From: an uncultured Mycoplasmatota bacterium
GTDB taxonomy: Bacteria > Bacillota_I > Bacilli_A > RF39 > UBA660
Reading direction: 5' to 3'
NCBI GenBank assembly: GCA_948434005.1
Contig: CAOJEH010000001.1
Span: 13,678 to 77,677 of the forward strand
Length of the DNA stretch: 64,000 nt
In this document: piece by piece, positions 10,801 through 18,902 of the stretch
How the letters are laid out: every line of letters starts with the position of its first letter
Position numbering within the stretch: position 1 is the stretch's first letter
Made by a program: the position numbers and the translations under genes
The notes under the pieces: model-generated
The model's database searches: none
What the model was told of the DNA's origin: nothing
The model's input: the letters and a program-made list of their open reading frames with translations, nothing else

Positions 10801-11701
10801 AATCTTCAATAGACCTATTCCATTCACAATACTTATATTTATAATTATCATCCCAACCTATAATTTGCATAGCATGATCAGTACCTAGTCCATATAAAAC
10901 ATAATTATTATCATAAATATTACGACCAGTATTAGTATTTGGACTAATTGTCATTACATACATACCACCATAGTTTTTTACCATATGTTTTATCATATTA
11001 TAATCAGATTCTGAACTAAGATGAAAAGGCATATGTTTAGCCTCATCTACTTCATATAATGAACTACTATAATTATAAATTTCACTTTTTTTCTTCATTG
11101 TCGTATCATAATAATTACCACTTTTTAATATCTTCTTATCCCAACTTGCATCTTTTGTTGCATAACCAGATGTCGCTACATGCATAACATAATAAAAGTT
11201 TCCACCTCGACCTAAACTTCTATTTGCATAAGCAAATTTAAAGTCAAAAATACCATCATTTGATGTGGCATAATCAAGTTGCCTTTCTGAAAAAATTTGA
11301 CTACTAGAAGAAACTGGTTGATTGTTAGTTATCGCTAGATATGTCTCCATTTGAGCATTTGTTGCAAAAGACCAGCACAAACCTAATGAACCCTGATTTT
11401 TAATTGGTGTCATATAATTTTTGCCATCAATATCTCTAAGATCAAATTTTGAAGGTAAGTTTTCATCTATTTGTTCTATAGCTTCTGGAGTAGAATCTAC
11501 AATTAAATCCGTTGGTATTACTTCCCTTTTTTCTTGTTCATAAGAGCTCATTGTCAAATAATCAACAAAATCCGGGTTTAAATATGCCTCATTTGGTTGT
11601 TTATTTTTTTCTGTCAAAATTATATTATCAGTTTCGGCATAATAAGCTTTAATGTAATTTTTAGCTTCTTTAGGTAAATAACTATAACTAGAAGTTTCCA
11701 T
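7871..11701 (-). CDS. 1276-aa multidomain protein: papain-like (C1) cysteine peptidase, GLUG-motif beta-helix region, Big_2 domain, Listeria-Bacteroides repeats, C-terminal type-I dockerin. No N-terminal signal peptide.
   Basis: C1 catalytic motifs NQGSLGLCWSFA (Cys), GTDHAMQIIGWDD (His), IKNSWG (Asn). GLUG-like repeats AAGLVANS, AGGIGGET, VGGLIGKT, AAGGVGQL. Big_2-like VYYSDNNDILEVDKNGNITAKAVGSANIIIV. Listeria-Bacteroides repeat GYYKFSGWNTKPDGTGKTYSEQQ. Dockerin GDINNDGLISITDISRLFRYI ... SDVNDDNRVTITDLSKLFAYI at the C-terminus. A 10-bp gap to the downstream cohesin gene suggests an operon. Confidence 0.75.
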   Translation of the reverse strand: METSSYSYLPKEAKNYIKAYYAETDNIILTEKNKQPNEAYLNPDFVDYLTMSSYEQEKREVIPTDLIVDSTPEAIEQIDENLPSKFDLRDIDGKNYMTPIKNQGSLGLCWSFATNAQMETYLAITNNQPVSSSSQIFSERQLDYATSNDGIFDFKFAYANRSLGRGGNFYYVMHVATSGYATKDASWDKKILKSGNYYDTTMKKKSEIYNYSSSLYEVDEAKHMPFHLSSESDYNMIKHMVKNYGGMYVMTISPNTNTGRNIYDNNYVLYGLGTDHAMQIIGWDDNYKYKYCEWNRSIEDCPASVIHENTEGSWIIKNSWGDTSAKKYLYLPYSLAVEPAVVTKMVSMADRTWDYQLDYTKLENVTVSGKEQKKIVFNAPIDSRMSKLKFFSNSTDRNVKVYYKTSNGRKLIDTVGIDLKGWYTVDLYDKNLERSDKCVFHIEDPDYLTPINISTPKLFLNSDGVASVTTSPVDYSTEVIVPSYDFTIESQVYGIPEGETLDYKIYDLNGKDISQYINSYSDNAVSGDFVIASMSVSNKLIPGEYIIEVYHNGEYLDETSLIIEAPYISLEGEGTIDNPYLIKSPSDLDLIRTSTSSSYKLSNDIDLTYDTQNENGIFYNSGTGWQSITNFKGTFDGDNHKITGLYSTRNGLFDSVTVSKVNDNNSIFSNLTLQNFNIVNSSNNNVAALVGTLEADSNVSNIIIDNVSITSSNISSEGKAAGLVANSNSFVPISFTNCYNNSEIYSKISGGIYGSLKIASVINSANEGIVNGNNIAGGIGGETTLATLDKVINTAKVDSQDIVGGLIGKTNSANITSFINYGDVTAEIFAAGGVGQLNNMTFDSSGNVNITGNLFVNSGYNTGNIGCLSCEGKEELVSSTGEKYTSHCSDELVCRDSSIAPLTDENINIENINYFKGTIAQNVLVKENVKKIDYIDAYDIENNFNWPNFENNWIIDNSFPTINNKKVVNKVSNIIPNISELTINLSHSDNYVIESTVEGNIFNKGVVYYSDNNDILEVDKNGNITAKAVGSANIIIVSISNGTKKILPVSVKVSKYNINYHSNTDEDNIITQSVTFNASDKLLENTFKNGYYKFSGWNTKPDGTGKTYSEQQEIINLINEDETIDLYAVWSIDGLIKTEVYGYDIENNLIYNIGVQTTVKEFIKNTSFNSNYHYSLYNSKNNLIEDTDIITTGSYIQMIDNNGENYKIYLSVRGDINNDGLISITDISRLFRYIVDDNYSIDLPNIKSSDVNDDNRVTITDLSKLFAYIMKNISKL

Positions 11702-11776
11702 CAGATAATTTATATCATCACTTTTTTGACCTGAAGAAAAGTTATAAATAGGTGTCTAATTTTGAAAAGTTATTTA

Positions 11777-13042
11777 TTATTTTTGAAATATAGATTTCGC
11801 TTTTTTATAACATTTAAAACAGTTTTTATATAAATTATATTTTCCTGGAGATATAACTAAATCAAACTCACCAATCAATTCATGTACACAAGCATTAAAA
11901 CCTCTTTTAAAATCAAACAACCCATAATTCTTTGATTTTTTAGAGAAGTTTCCATCTATACCATAGAAATTAAAAGCTTCATAACCATTTTTTATAGCAT
12001 AATCTATCATCTCATATTGTAATAAGTATTGAGAATTATACTTCATAAATTTTTTATAACTAGCACCAAAGAGATAAACTATTTCTCTACCATAAAGCAT
12101 ATACCAACCACCAGCAATGATTTTTTTATCACCATATTCTTTTATTGTATCTTCTAATAATCTTATTTTATTTTTAATATTTTCTTGTTCCGCTGATAGT
12201 TCTTTTATTTGTCCTTTATTTCTAGGTATATCACTTAGTTTTTCTAACTTTTCCTTATTTTTCTTTAAATCTTCTTCTGTTTTATCCTTAAGTTTCTTAA
12301 AATTAATCTCTGCTAATAAAACTTTTACTAAATTATCTTTTTTTAATACCCTATACATATTCTCATAATATGATAATGGTCTATCAATAAAATCTCTTCT
12401 TTCAGCAGTATGTTTCATTAGATTCTTAAATTCATATAAGTTAGTTTCATCTGCTTCTATTATAGTTAAACAATTTTTTTTACTATTATTAATACCCCAA
12501 CGTGTACCACTACGCATATTTTTAAATAATCCATCTATAGTTTTATCTTTTATATCTAATATAGATATCCATCTAGGTTCTAAATCACTTTTTTTATCCT
12601 GATCGATATAAAAACCGTTATGTTTATAGCCAAGTCTTTTAAAATTATTCATTAATTCATCATTTACAGTACCTTCTACTATATTTCCATCTACATCTCT
12701 TTGTTGATAATCTATATATGGATTTATTTTTAAAAATAAAGCTGACTCATTTTTTAAATATTCTTTTATTCCTTTAGTAAATTCTTCTAATAATTGATAA
12801 TCAGAATAGTCTAATAAAAATCCTCTAGGCGCATAAAACATTTTACCAAAAAAACTAATATTTTTACTTAATAAAAGTGTTGCTGCCACGATTTTTTTAC
12901 CTTCTACTAATCCTACATAATGACTATTCCATCCATTACTCTTCTTTATTTTGCCCCAATAAGGATTTTGAAAAAAAGATGTTTGAATACTTGTTTTAGA
13001 AAACTCCAAAAATTCTTTTTCTTTTAATGTTATAAATTGCAT
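11777..13042 (-). CDS. FemAB-family peptidoglycan cross-bridge aminoacyl-tRNA transferase
   Basis: 421 aa; GNAT-like halves with a central coiled-coil arm (KKLKDKTEEDLKKNKEKLEKL...IKNKIRLLEDTIKEYG) typical of FemA/FemX/MurM; C-terminal GGWYMLYGREIVYLFGAS. Confidence 0.75.
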   Translation of the reverse strand: MQFITLKEKEFLEFSKTSIQTSFFQNPYWGKIKKSNGWNSHYVGLVEGKKIVAATLLLSKNISFFGKMFYAPRGFLLDYSDYQLLEEFTKGIKEYLKNESALFLKINPYIDYQQRDVDGNIVEGTVNDELMNNFKRLGYKHNGFYIDQDKKSDLEPRWISILDIKDKTIDGLFKNMRSGTRWGINNSKKNCLTIIEADETNLYEFKNLMKHTAERRDFIDRPLSYYENMYRVLKKDNLVKVLLAEINFKKLKDKTEEDLKKNKEKLEKLSDIPRNKGQIKELSAEQENIKNKIRLLEDTIKEYGDKKIIAGGWYMLYGREIVYLFGASYKKFMKYNSQYLLQYEMIDYAIKNGYEAFNFYGIDGNFSKKSKNYGLFDFKRGFNACVHELIGEFDLVISPGKYNLYKNCFKCYKKAKSIFQK

Positions 13043-13074
13043 ATTATCACTCTCTCTATATTATTATACCCATT

Positions 13075-13860
13075 TTACAATACATTACTAATATCTACAA
13101 ATGCTTCAACTGGAATTTGTTCTGCTCTAGCAGTTAAATCTAGCTCATATTTTTTTAATACAGCCTCAATAGACTTCAAATCATAACCATTTAAATTATT
13201 TTTAATATTTTTTCTTTTAAACTTAAAACTATCTTTTACTAACTTAAAAAAAGTTTTTTCATTATTTAATTTTAATAAATTGTTTTTTCTAGAAAAAGAT
13301 ATAACTTCACTATCAACATTAGGAATGGGAGTAAAACTTTTTCTATTTACCTTAAATTCTTTTTTTATTTCAAAATAGTAATTCAAAAATACGGTTATAG
13401 ATCCATAGCTTCTACTATTAACTTTAGCAGAAAATCGTTCTCCTACTTCTTCCTGTACCATCATAACTATTTTATTAAAATTAAGATCAGATTCTATTAA
13501 CTTCATTAATATTGGTGTTGTTATATAGTATGGAACATTACTTACAAAATACAAGTTGTCATAGCTATATTCTTCTATATCATTTTTAATATCTCTATTT
13601 AAAAAATCATTAAAAATGAAATCTACATTACTATTCTTAAACTCAGATTCTAATATATCTTTTAATTCTAAGTCTATTTCATAACATAACACATTATCTG
13701 CTTGTAAAGATAATTCTTTAGTAAGTATTCCCTTGCCTGGTCCAACTTCTAAAACTAAAGATTTTTTTGATATTTCTGCTATAGATGCAATCTTTTTAAC
13801 TATTGTATTATCATTTAAAAAATTTTGACCATATTTCTTTTTAAAGTTAAAATGCTCCAT
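13075..13860 (-). CDS. rsmA: 16S rRNA (adenine1518/1519-N6)-dimethyltransferase RsmA/KsgA
   Basis: N-terminal KKYGQNFL; SAM motif LEVGPGKGILT; 261 aa. Confidence 0.92.
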   Translation of the reverse strand: MEHFNFKKKYGQNFLNDNTIVKKIASIAEISKKSLVLEVGPGKGILTKELSLQADNVLCYEIDLELKDILESEFKNSNVDFIFNDFLNRDIKNDIEEYSYDNLYFVSNVPYYITTPILMKLIESDLNFNKIVMMVQEEVGERFSAKVNSRSYGSITVFLNYYFEIKKEFKVNRKSFTPIPNVDSEVISFSRKNNLLKLNNEKTFFKLVKDSFKFKRKNIKNNLNGYDLKSIEAVLKKYELDLTARAEQIPVEAFVDISNVL

Positions 13861-13902
13861 AAAATCACCTAATGAAATTATATAATAAAAAAAAATAGAA
13901 GT

Positions 13903-14358
13903 CTATAAAACCTCTATATTATTTTTAGCTTGTCTCCTCTTTTTATTTATACATACCATAAATAAAATATTACTAATACATAAGCCATAAACCAATATTT
14001 TCATAAAAGCTATATAATCACTAAAATAAATGAAATTTATATTATAACCCATAACCCTATTTAAAATCATATTAGTATCACAAATTGCTCTAATTCCAAC
14101 TACTATAGTAGTAGAAAATACTAAGCAACAAGTTAAATTATAAAATAGATTACTATTAACACTTTTTTGACGAAATATAATATTTATAAAAAATATTATC
14201 AATAATATAGCATATGGTAAAAAGATATTTATAGATTCTATCATATCTTTACTTAACCTTTTATACATAGATAAAACTATATAAAAAGAAATAGCAAAAG
14301 CTCCTAAGAATAAAATATATCTTAAACCTAATAATATAACATTAATTATCTTTTTCAT
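13903..14358 (-). CDS. Polytopic membrane protein (4 TM), unknown function, last gene of the sipW cluster
   Basis: Hydrophobic 151 aa; 4-nt overlap with the upstream ORF. Confidence 0.5.
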   Translation of the reverse strand: MKKIINVILLGLRYILFLGAFAISFYIVLSMYKRLSKDMIESINIFLPYAILLIIFFINIIFRQKSVNSNLFYNLTCCLVFSTTIVVGIRAICDTNMILNRVMGYNINFIYFSDYIAFMKILVYGLCISNILFMVCINKKRRQAKNNIEVL

Positions 14359-15047
14359 ATATTTCCTCCTGCCATATTTTTATATAAAACTGATGTATCA
14401 TACATAAAATCAACTACGTTAACATAATCATACAAGATAGAATAATAACTATCTTTAAGTTGATCATAAATATTATCCTTTGTACTACGACTAGTGAAAT
14501 TATAACTACTATTATTCTTAATTATTTTTTCTATATAATCAGTTGAACCCTTTAGTCCATTTATATTATCTTCCATAAACGGTATAGTTGATTTATAAAC
14601 TGGCATACTACCAAATATAGAATTATCTTCTGTAGTCAAACCATATAATTGTTTAACTAAACATTCATTAGCAATATCTATTTTATAAAATTGTTGCATC
14701 TCATATACATCACTTATAGAAACAGTTTCTTTTTGTAAAATATTATCTAATTTAGAGTTACTTATTTTATCCATACAAATATTAAGTTTAGTTTGAAAAA
14801 CAGAAAGATTAGTATAGTTCTGATTTGTAATATTTAAATTTACTGAATTAATATTTTCATTTATTTTATTTATTTTTTCTTTTATTTCAGTATTTATTTG
14901 ATAATCACTATCTTGTTTATTGTATAAATCATTTACATCTTTATAATGATAAAGATTTAAAAACAATAGAAAAAAGGCAAAGCCAAAGACTAAACCAGAT
15001 ATTGTATAGGCCATTATATTTGAATATTCTACTAGTATCTTTTTCAT
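14355..15047 (-). CDS. N-terminally membrane-anchored Asn/Tyr-rich protein of unknown function in the sipW cluster
   Basis: Single N-terminal TM (YTISGLVFGFAFFLLFLNLY), then a polar 200-aa extracellular region. Position is analogous to tapA in tapA-sipW-tasA, but I see no sequence similarity. Confidence 0.45.
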   Translation of the reverse strand: MKKILVEYSNIMAYTISGLVFGFAFFLLFLNLYHYKDVNDLYNKQDSDYQINTEIKEKINKINENINSVNLNITNQNYTNLSVFQTKLNICMDKISNSKLDNILQKETVSISDVYEMQQFYKIDIANECLVKQLYGLTTEDNSIFGSMPVYKSTIPFMEDNINGLKGSTDYIEKIIKNNSSYNFTSRSTKDNIYDQLKDSYYSILYDYVNVVDFMYDTSVLYKNMAGGNI

Positions 15048-15056
15048 ATTTACCCT

Positions 15057-15590
15057 CTATTCTTTTATTGGTTCTACAGTTATATTATAACTATAATATT
15101 TATTCATCCAATCTGTTTCCTTAGATTTTTCATTTAACCATATTTTTAATGAATAACTATTAGTAGAATTTGTACTCATAGTTCTAGTATCCAATATATT
15201 ATTCTTAATATTAGACATAGTCCCTTTCTTAATAACCACACCATTTAGTTTTAGTTCATAATTTAAATAACTTCTTGATAAGGTATTCTCTCCTTTTTCT
15301 TTATCAATTATATCTTCTATAAGTAAATCATAAGTAGCGTTCTCCTCCTTAGTATTACTAATAGAAAATTCATAAGGTACTATAATATCTATATTATTAT
15401 CACTTATTGGTCCCAAATCTTTAAAATCATCTTTTGATACATCACTATCTGCTGATATTTCAAAATTATTGGCTATAAAATCATCTTTCTTTATTATTTT
15501 TGAAAATATAAATATTAATACTAAAAGTATTAGAATAATTATTACACCAATTAAAATATATAGTCCTTTCTTTCTTTTCATGTATATCAC
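15057..15590 (-). CDS. TasA-like secreted protein, paralogue 3 (SipW-cognate substrate candidate)
   Basis: N-terminal basic and hydrophobic signal (KKGLYILIGVIIILILLVLIFIF). Shares the C-terminal motif YSLKIWLNE...YSYNITVEP with the paralogues at 16524 and 17165 (YRLRIWIKE...YKLKVDVY; YRLRMWLGE...YTVKINVY). Confidence 0.55.
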   Translation of the reverse strand: MIYMKRKKGLYILIGVIIILILLVLIFIFSKIIKKDDFIANNFEISADSDVSKDDFKDLGPISDNNIDIIVPYEFSISNTKEENATYDLLIEDIIDKEKGENTLSRSYLNYELKLNGVVIKKGTMSNIKNNILDTRTMSTNSTNSYSLKIWLNEKSKETDWMNKYYSYNITVEPIKE

Positions 15591-15598
15591 TCCTATTC

Positions 15599-16447
15599 CT
15601 ATAATATTTCTATATCATCTTCAGTATCCTTACTATTTATAGAAGAGTTTTTTTCTTTATAGGCATTTATTTTATCTCTTAATTCTTCTTCTACATCTTC
15701 AGTATTATCTTCTTTTTTTGGAATATCTGAATCGCTTATAATTTCTATATTATCAGTATCTTCAGAATCTAAATTAGAATTAGAAACCTTCTCTTTGTTT
15801 GTAGGTAACCTTCTAGGATTAATTGCTTTAAACATTTTAATAATATCATAAATAACAACTCCCAAACAAGGTATTACAATTAAAACAACCCAACCAACAG
15901 CATTTGTAAGTGCCTGTTGTATATAACCAATTTTTGGAATTTTAAGCATAACTTTTCCATAAATATTACTAGCCCTTACTAAGGAAGAATCTTCGGTATT
16001 ATTATTATCTCCTTTTGTTCTAAAGTAAATTTCGCCAGTTTTAGATTTTTCAATTCCAACTATACGATGTGTAATAACAAGTCCAGAATATCTAGAATCG
16101 GTAGATAAAAAAGTTATTACATCATCAACTTCTAATTCTTCTGGTTCTGCCCTTTTTATAACAATAGCATCATATACATTTATTGTTGGTACCATACTAG
16201 GACTAATTATTATATAAGCTCCAAAAAGAGGTTGTTTATCAATTCCTTTTTTTGCATTTATTTGCTCATCAATAAAGTATAGTATAAATGCTATAGCAAC
16301 TAAAATAAGTATCATTAATATAGAATATAAGAATATTTTGGCAGCAAAGTGATATATTTTATATGCAAGTTGAAGTTTAGTCATACGTGGTTTTTTTTGT
16401 TTTTCTTGGTTACTTATCTGTTCTAATACTGCATCCACTTTTGCCAC
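15599..16447 (-). CDS. sipW: Signal peptidase I, ER/archaeal type (SipW-like), with an ~80-aa acidic C-terminal tail
   Basis: Catalytic Ser box IISPSMVPTI; His instead of Lys in ITHRIVGI; TKGDNNNTEDS, which is the GDNN..D motif of SEC11/SipW-type enzymes; single TM. The unusual D/E/S-rich C-terminal extension is read directly from the sequence. Confidence 0.8.
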   Translation of the reverse strand: MAKVDAVLEQISNQEKQKKPRMTKLQLAYKIYHFAAKIFLYSILMILILVAIAFILYFIDEQINAKKGIDKQPLFGAYIIISPSMVPTINVYDAIVIKRAEPEELEVDDVITFLSTDSRYSGLVITHRIVGIEKSKTGEIYFRTKGDNNNTEDSSLVRASNIYGKVMLKIPKIGYIQQALTNAVGWVVLIVIPCLGVVIYDIIKMFKAINPRRLPTNKEKVSNSNLDSEDTDNIEIISDSDIPKKEDNTEDVEEELRDKINAYKEKNSSINSKDTEDDIEIL

Positions 16448-16523
16448 CTCCCATTATTCTATGCTACTTATATAATAGCATGAAAATAAGAAAATTGCAC
16501 TAAAAAAGAAACAAGTTTGTTTC

Positions 16524-17138
16524 TTATTTTTTACTAAGCTCTGAATATACATCAACTTTTAATTTATAAGTCATAACTCTATCATATGAACAAGCATTTT
16601 CTTTTATCCATATTCTTAACCTATATTTATCTGTTATTGTAGCATTTTTTTCACTATTAACAGTACTTTTATATAATAACATACTATCTTTATTTACATA
16701 AGTATTTTCAAGATCTGTATCTTTTGGTATAAAGGTTTTAGGTTCTAATACTGATTTATATTTGCCTGCCATTTCTTTTTCTAAATATATATTTACACAA
16801 TTATTAGGAAGTCTATTATTATTTTTATAATCTGTTCTTCTAGCTCTTATTTCATAATCAATTGCGGCTTTACCATTGATGTTAGCCGATACGGTAAAAT
16901 CAAAATATTCTTTCTGTAATTTTCCTGCGGAATCTGACATTGGAACTGCATTATCAATTGCTATAACATTATCACTTTCAGTATATGTCATTGATATATT
17001 ACCAGTTGAAATTGTATTTTTTTTCATACCCTTACCAGTAAACATAAATATTGCATAGGAAATTCCAATTACTGCAACAAAAAGAATTGCAATACCTATT
17101 ATTGATAATAATATATTTCTTGAATCTGTATTTTGCAT
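16524..17138 (-). CDS. TasA-like secreted protein, paralogue 2. The ORF track starts at 17168; the likely true start is MQNTDS at 17138.
   Basis: Signal ILLSIIGIAILFVAVIGISYAIFMF with an A-x-F motif like TasA AAF; shares EYFDFTV and YRLRIWI motifs with the neighbouring paralogue. Confidence 0.6.
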   Translation of the reverse strand: MQNTDSRNILLSIIGIAILFVAVIGISYAIFMFTGKGMKKNTISTGNISMTYTESDNVIAIDNAVPMSDSAGKLQKEYFDFTVSANINGKAAIDYEIRARRTDYKNNNRLPNNCVNIYLEKEMAGKYKSVLEPKTFIPKDTDLENTYVNKDSMLLYKSTVNSEKNATITDKYRLRIWIKENACSYDRVMTYKLKVDVYSELSKK

Positions 17139-17164
17139 ATAACCTCCTCTATAAAAGAGTAAAA

Positions 17165-17803
17165 TCACTCTGTTTTTCCATAAACATTTATTTTTACTGT
17201 ATATGTTTTATTACCACCCACTGATGCATCTTCTCCTAGCCACATCCTAAGTCTATAATTATCTATTGTTTTAGTTACCTTTTCCTTTTTTATTTCTTTT
17301 TTTCCACGTTTTCTTACAACTCTCTTCAATACCATAGCGCCTTTTGGAGTTCCAATTTTTGTTTCTTTTGGAGATGGAATAAAGTTATTTGGTTTCATTA
17401 CTTTAGTATAAGTTCCACTTTTTTCTTGTTCTAAATACAATCTAATTTCATTATCAGGTATAGTAGATGCTTCATCTTTAATAGCTGCTATCTCATAAAT
17501 TGCTTTCATATTACCAACTAATTTTGTATTAACAATAAAGTCAAAATATTCATTTTCACCTAATTGAACCATACCTTTCTCATCACTAGTAGGTAATGCA
17601 TTTTCTATTGAAATACCATTTGTTTTTTCTAGATAATTCATTGTTATTTCTCCTGAATGAATAGTATTACTAATTCCACCCTCTGTTTTTATAAAAGCAG
17701 CAAACGAAAAACTTATTACTACTACTACTAATAGTGTTACTAGTAATAATGATATAAATATCTTTTTAGAATAATTCTTATCTAATTGTTCTGTTTCTTT
17801 CAT
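17165..17803 (-). CDS. TasA-like secreted protein, paralogue 1
   Basis: Signal KKIFISLLLVTLLVVVVISFSFAAFIK (AAF as in the TasA signal peptide region); motifs EYFDFIV, YRLRMWL and KINVY shared with paralogue 2. Confidence 0.6.
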   Translation of the reverse strand: MKETEQLDKNYSKKIFISLLLVTLLVVVVISFSFAAFIKTEGGISNTIHSGEITMNYLEKTNGISIENALPTSDEKGMVQLGENEYFDFIVNTKLVGNMKAIYEIAAIKDEASTIPDNEIRLYLEQEKSGTYTKVMKPNNFIPSPKETKIGTPKGAMVLKRVVRKRGKKEIKKEKVTKTIDNYRLRMWLGEDASVGGNKTYTVKINVYGKTE

Positions 17804-17861
17804 AAATTCAACTCCTATCTTAATAAGATAGTCAATATACTATAGTTAAATATTATCATTT

Positions 17862-18620
17862 TTATCTATTGAAGTCAAACAAATCATTACAGTTTATCGT
17901 AGTTATTTTAGCTACTTCTTCTACGGTTGTATTTTTTATTATAGATATTTTTTCTGCAATTATTGGTATATACTTAGATGAATTTATTTTTCCTCTATAT
18001 GGGTCAGGTGTTAAATACGGACTATCTGTTTCTAATACAATATTATCTAATGAAATATTTTTTATAACATCTGGTAGTTTACTATTTTTAAAAGTTACTA
18101 CACCACCTATACCTAATTTATATCCCATTTTTATATAAATATTTGCTGTCTCTAAACTCCCTGAAAAACAGTGTATAATTCCTTTAACTTTATATTTATT
18201 TAATATATCGATTGTATCTTTTGATGCATCTCTACTATGAATAATTACAGGTAAATCTAATTTTTCCGCAAGTTTTAATTGAATTTCAAATAGTTTTTTC
18301 TGTTTTTCTTTATCAATACCATCATAATGATAATCCAACCCTATCTCACCTATTCCTAATATTTTTTCATTAGATTTCAATAAATTCTCTAAATTATTAA
18401 TATCTTTATCAACTATTATACTAGCTTGATCAGGATGATAACCAATAGTTGCATAAACTATATCGTATTTTTTAGTCATTTCTATAGCTTCATCTACACT
18501 ATCTATTTCACATCCTGATATAATCATTTTATTTATAGAAACCTTAATATTTTCTTTTATAACCAAATCTATATCATTATAATCCTTTTTTGATAAATGA
18601 CAATGTGTATCTATAAACAT
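17862..18620 (-). CDS. tatD: TatD-family metal-dependent DNase (YabD)
   Basis: MFIDTHCHL start; conserved TIM-barrel hydrolase motifs (GEIGLDY, HSRDA, ETDSPYL); downstream of metG as in B. subtilis metS-yabD. Confidence 0.9.
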   Translation of the reverse strand: MFIDTHCHLSKKDYNDIDLVIKENIKVSINKMIISGCEIDSVDEAIEMTKKYDIVYATIGYHPDQASIIVDKDINNLENLLKSNEKILGIGEIGLDYHYDGIDKEKQKKLFEIQLKLAEKLDLPVIIHSRDASKDTIDILNKYKVKGIIHCFSGSLETANIYIKMGYKLGIGGVVTFKNSKLPDVIKNISLDNIVLETDSPYLTPDPYRGKINSSKYIPIIAEKISIIKNTTVEEVAKITTINCNDLFDFNR

Positions 18621-18902
18621 ACAATCACCTCTAAAAATAAATTAAATAAAAAAATACCACTTGTCAATGGTATTCTATATTATTTTTCTTTGATGCAATT
18701 TTATTCTTATATAATAAATTGTCAAAAATAAAAAATATACTATATCTAAACAATTTCTACTTCTAATTATTGAATTAATCTCTACAAAAGAAAAGATTAT
18801 GTAGAAACTATCTAAATTAACCCACTTCTTTATTTGATTTTGCATAAAGGCTTATGTATCTCCTTTCAAATATTTTTACTACCTTTACAACCATTATAAT
18901 AT

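Noticed and set aside
18644-18665. Inverted repeat AATACCA-N7-TGGTATT upstream of tatD
   Set aside because: The stem is short (7 bp, AT-rich), has no clear U-tract in the transcribed orientation, and lies in the promoter region. It is too weak to call as a feature.
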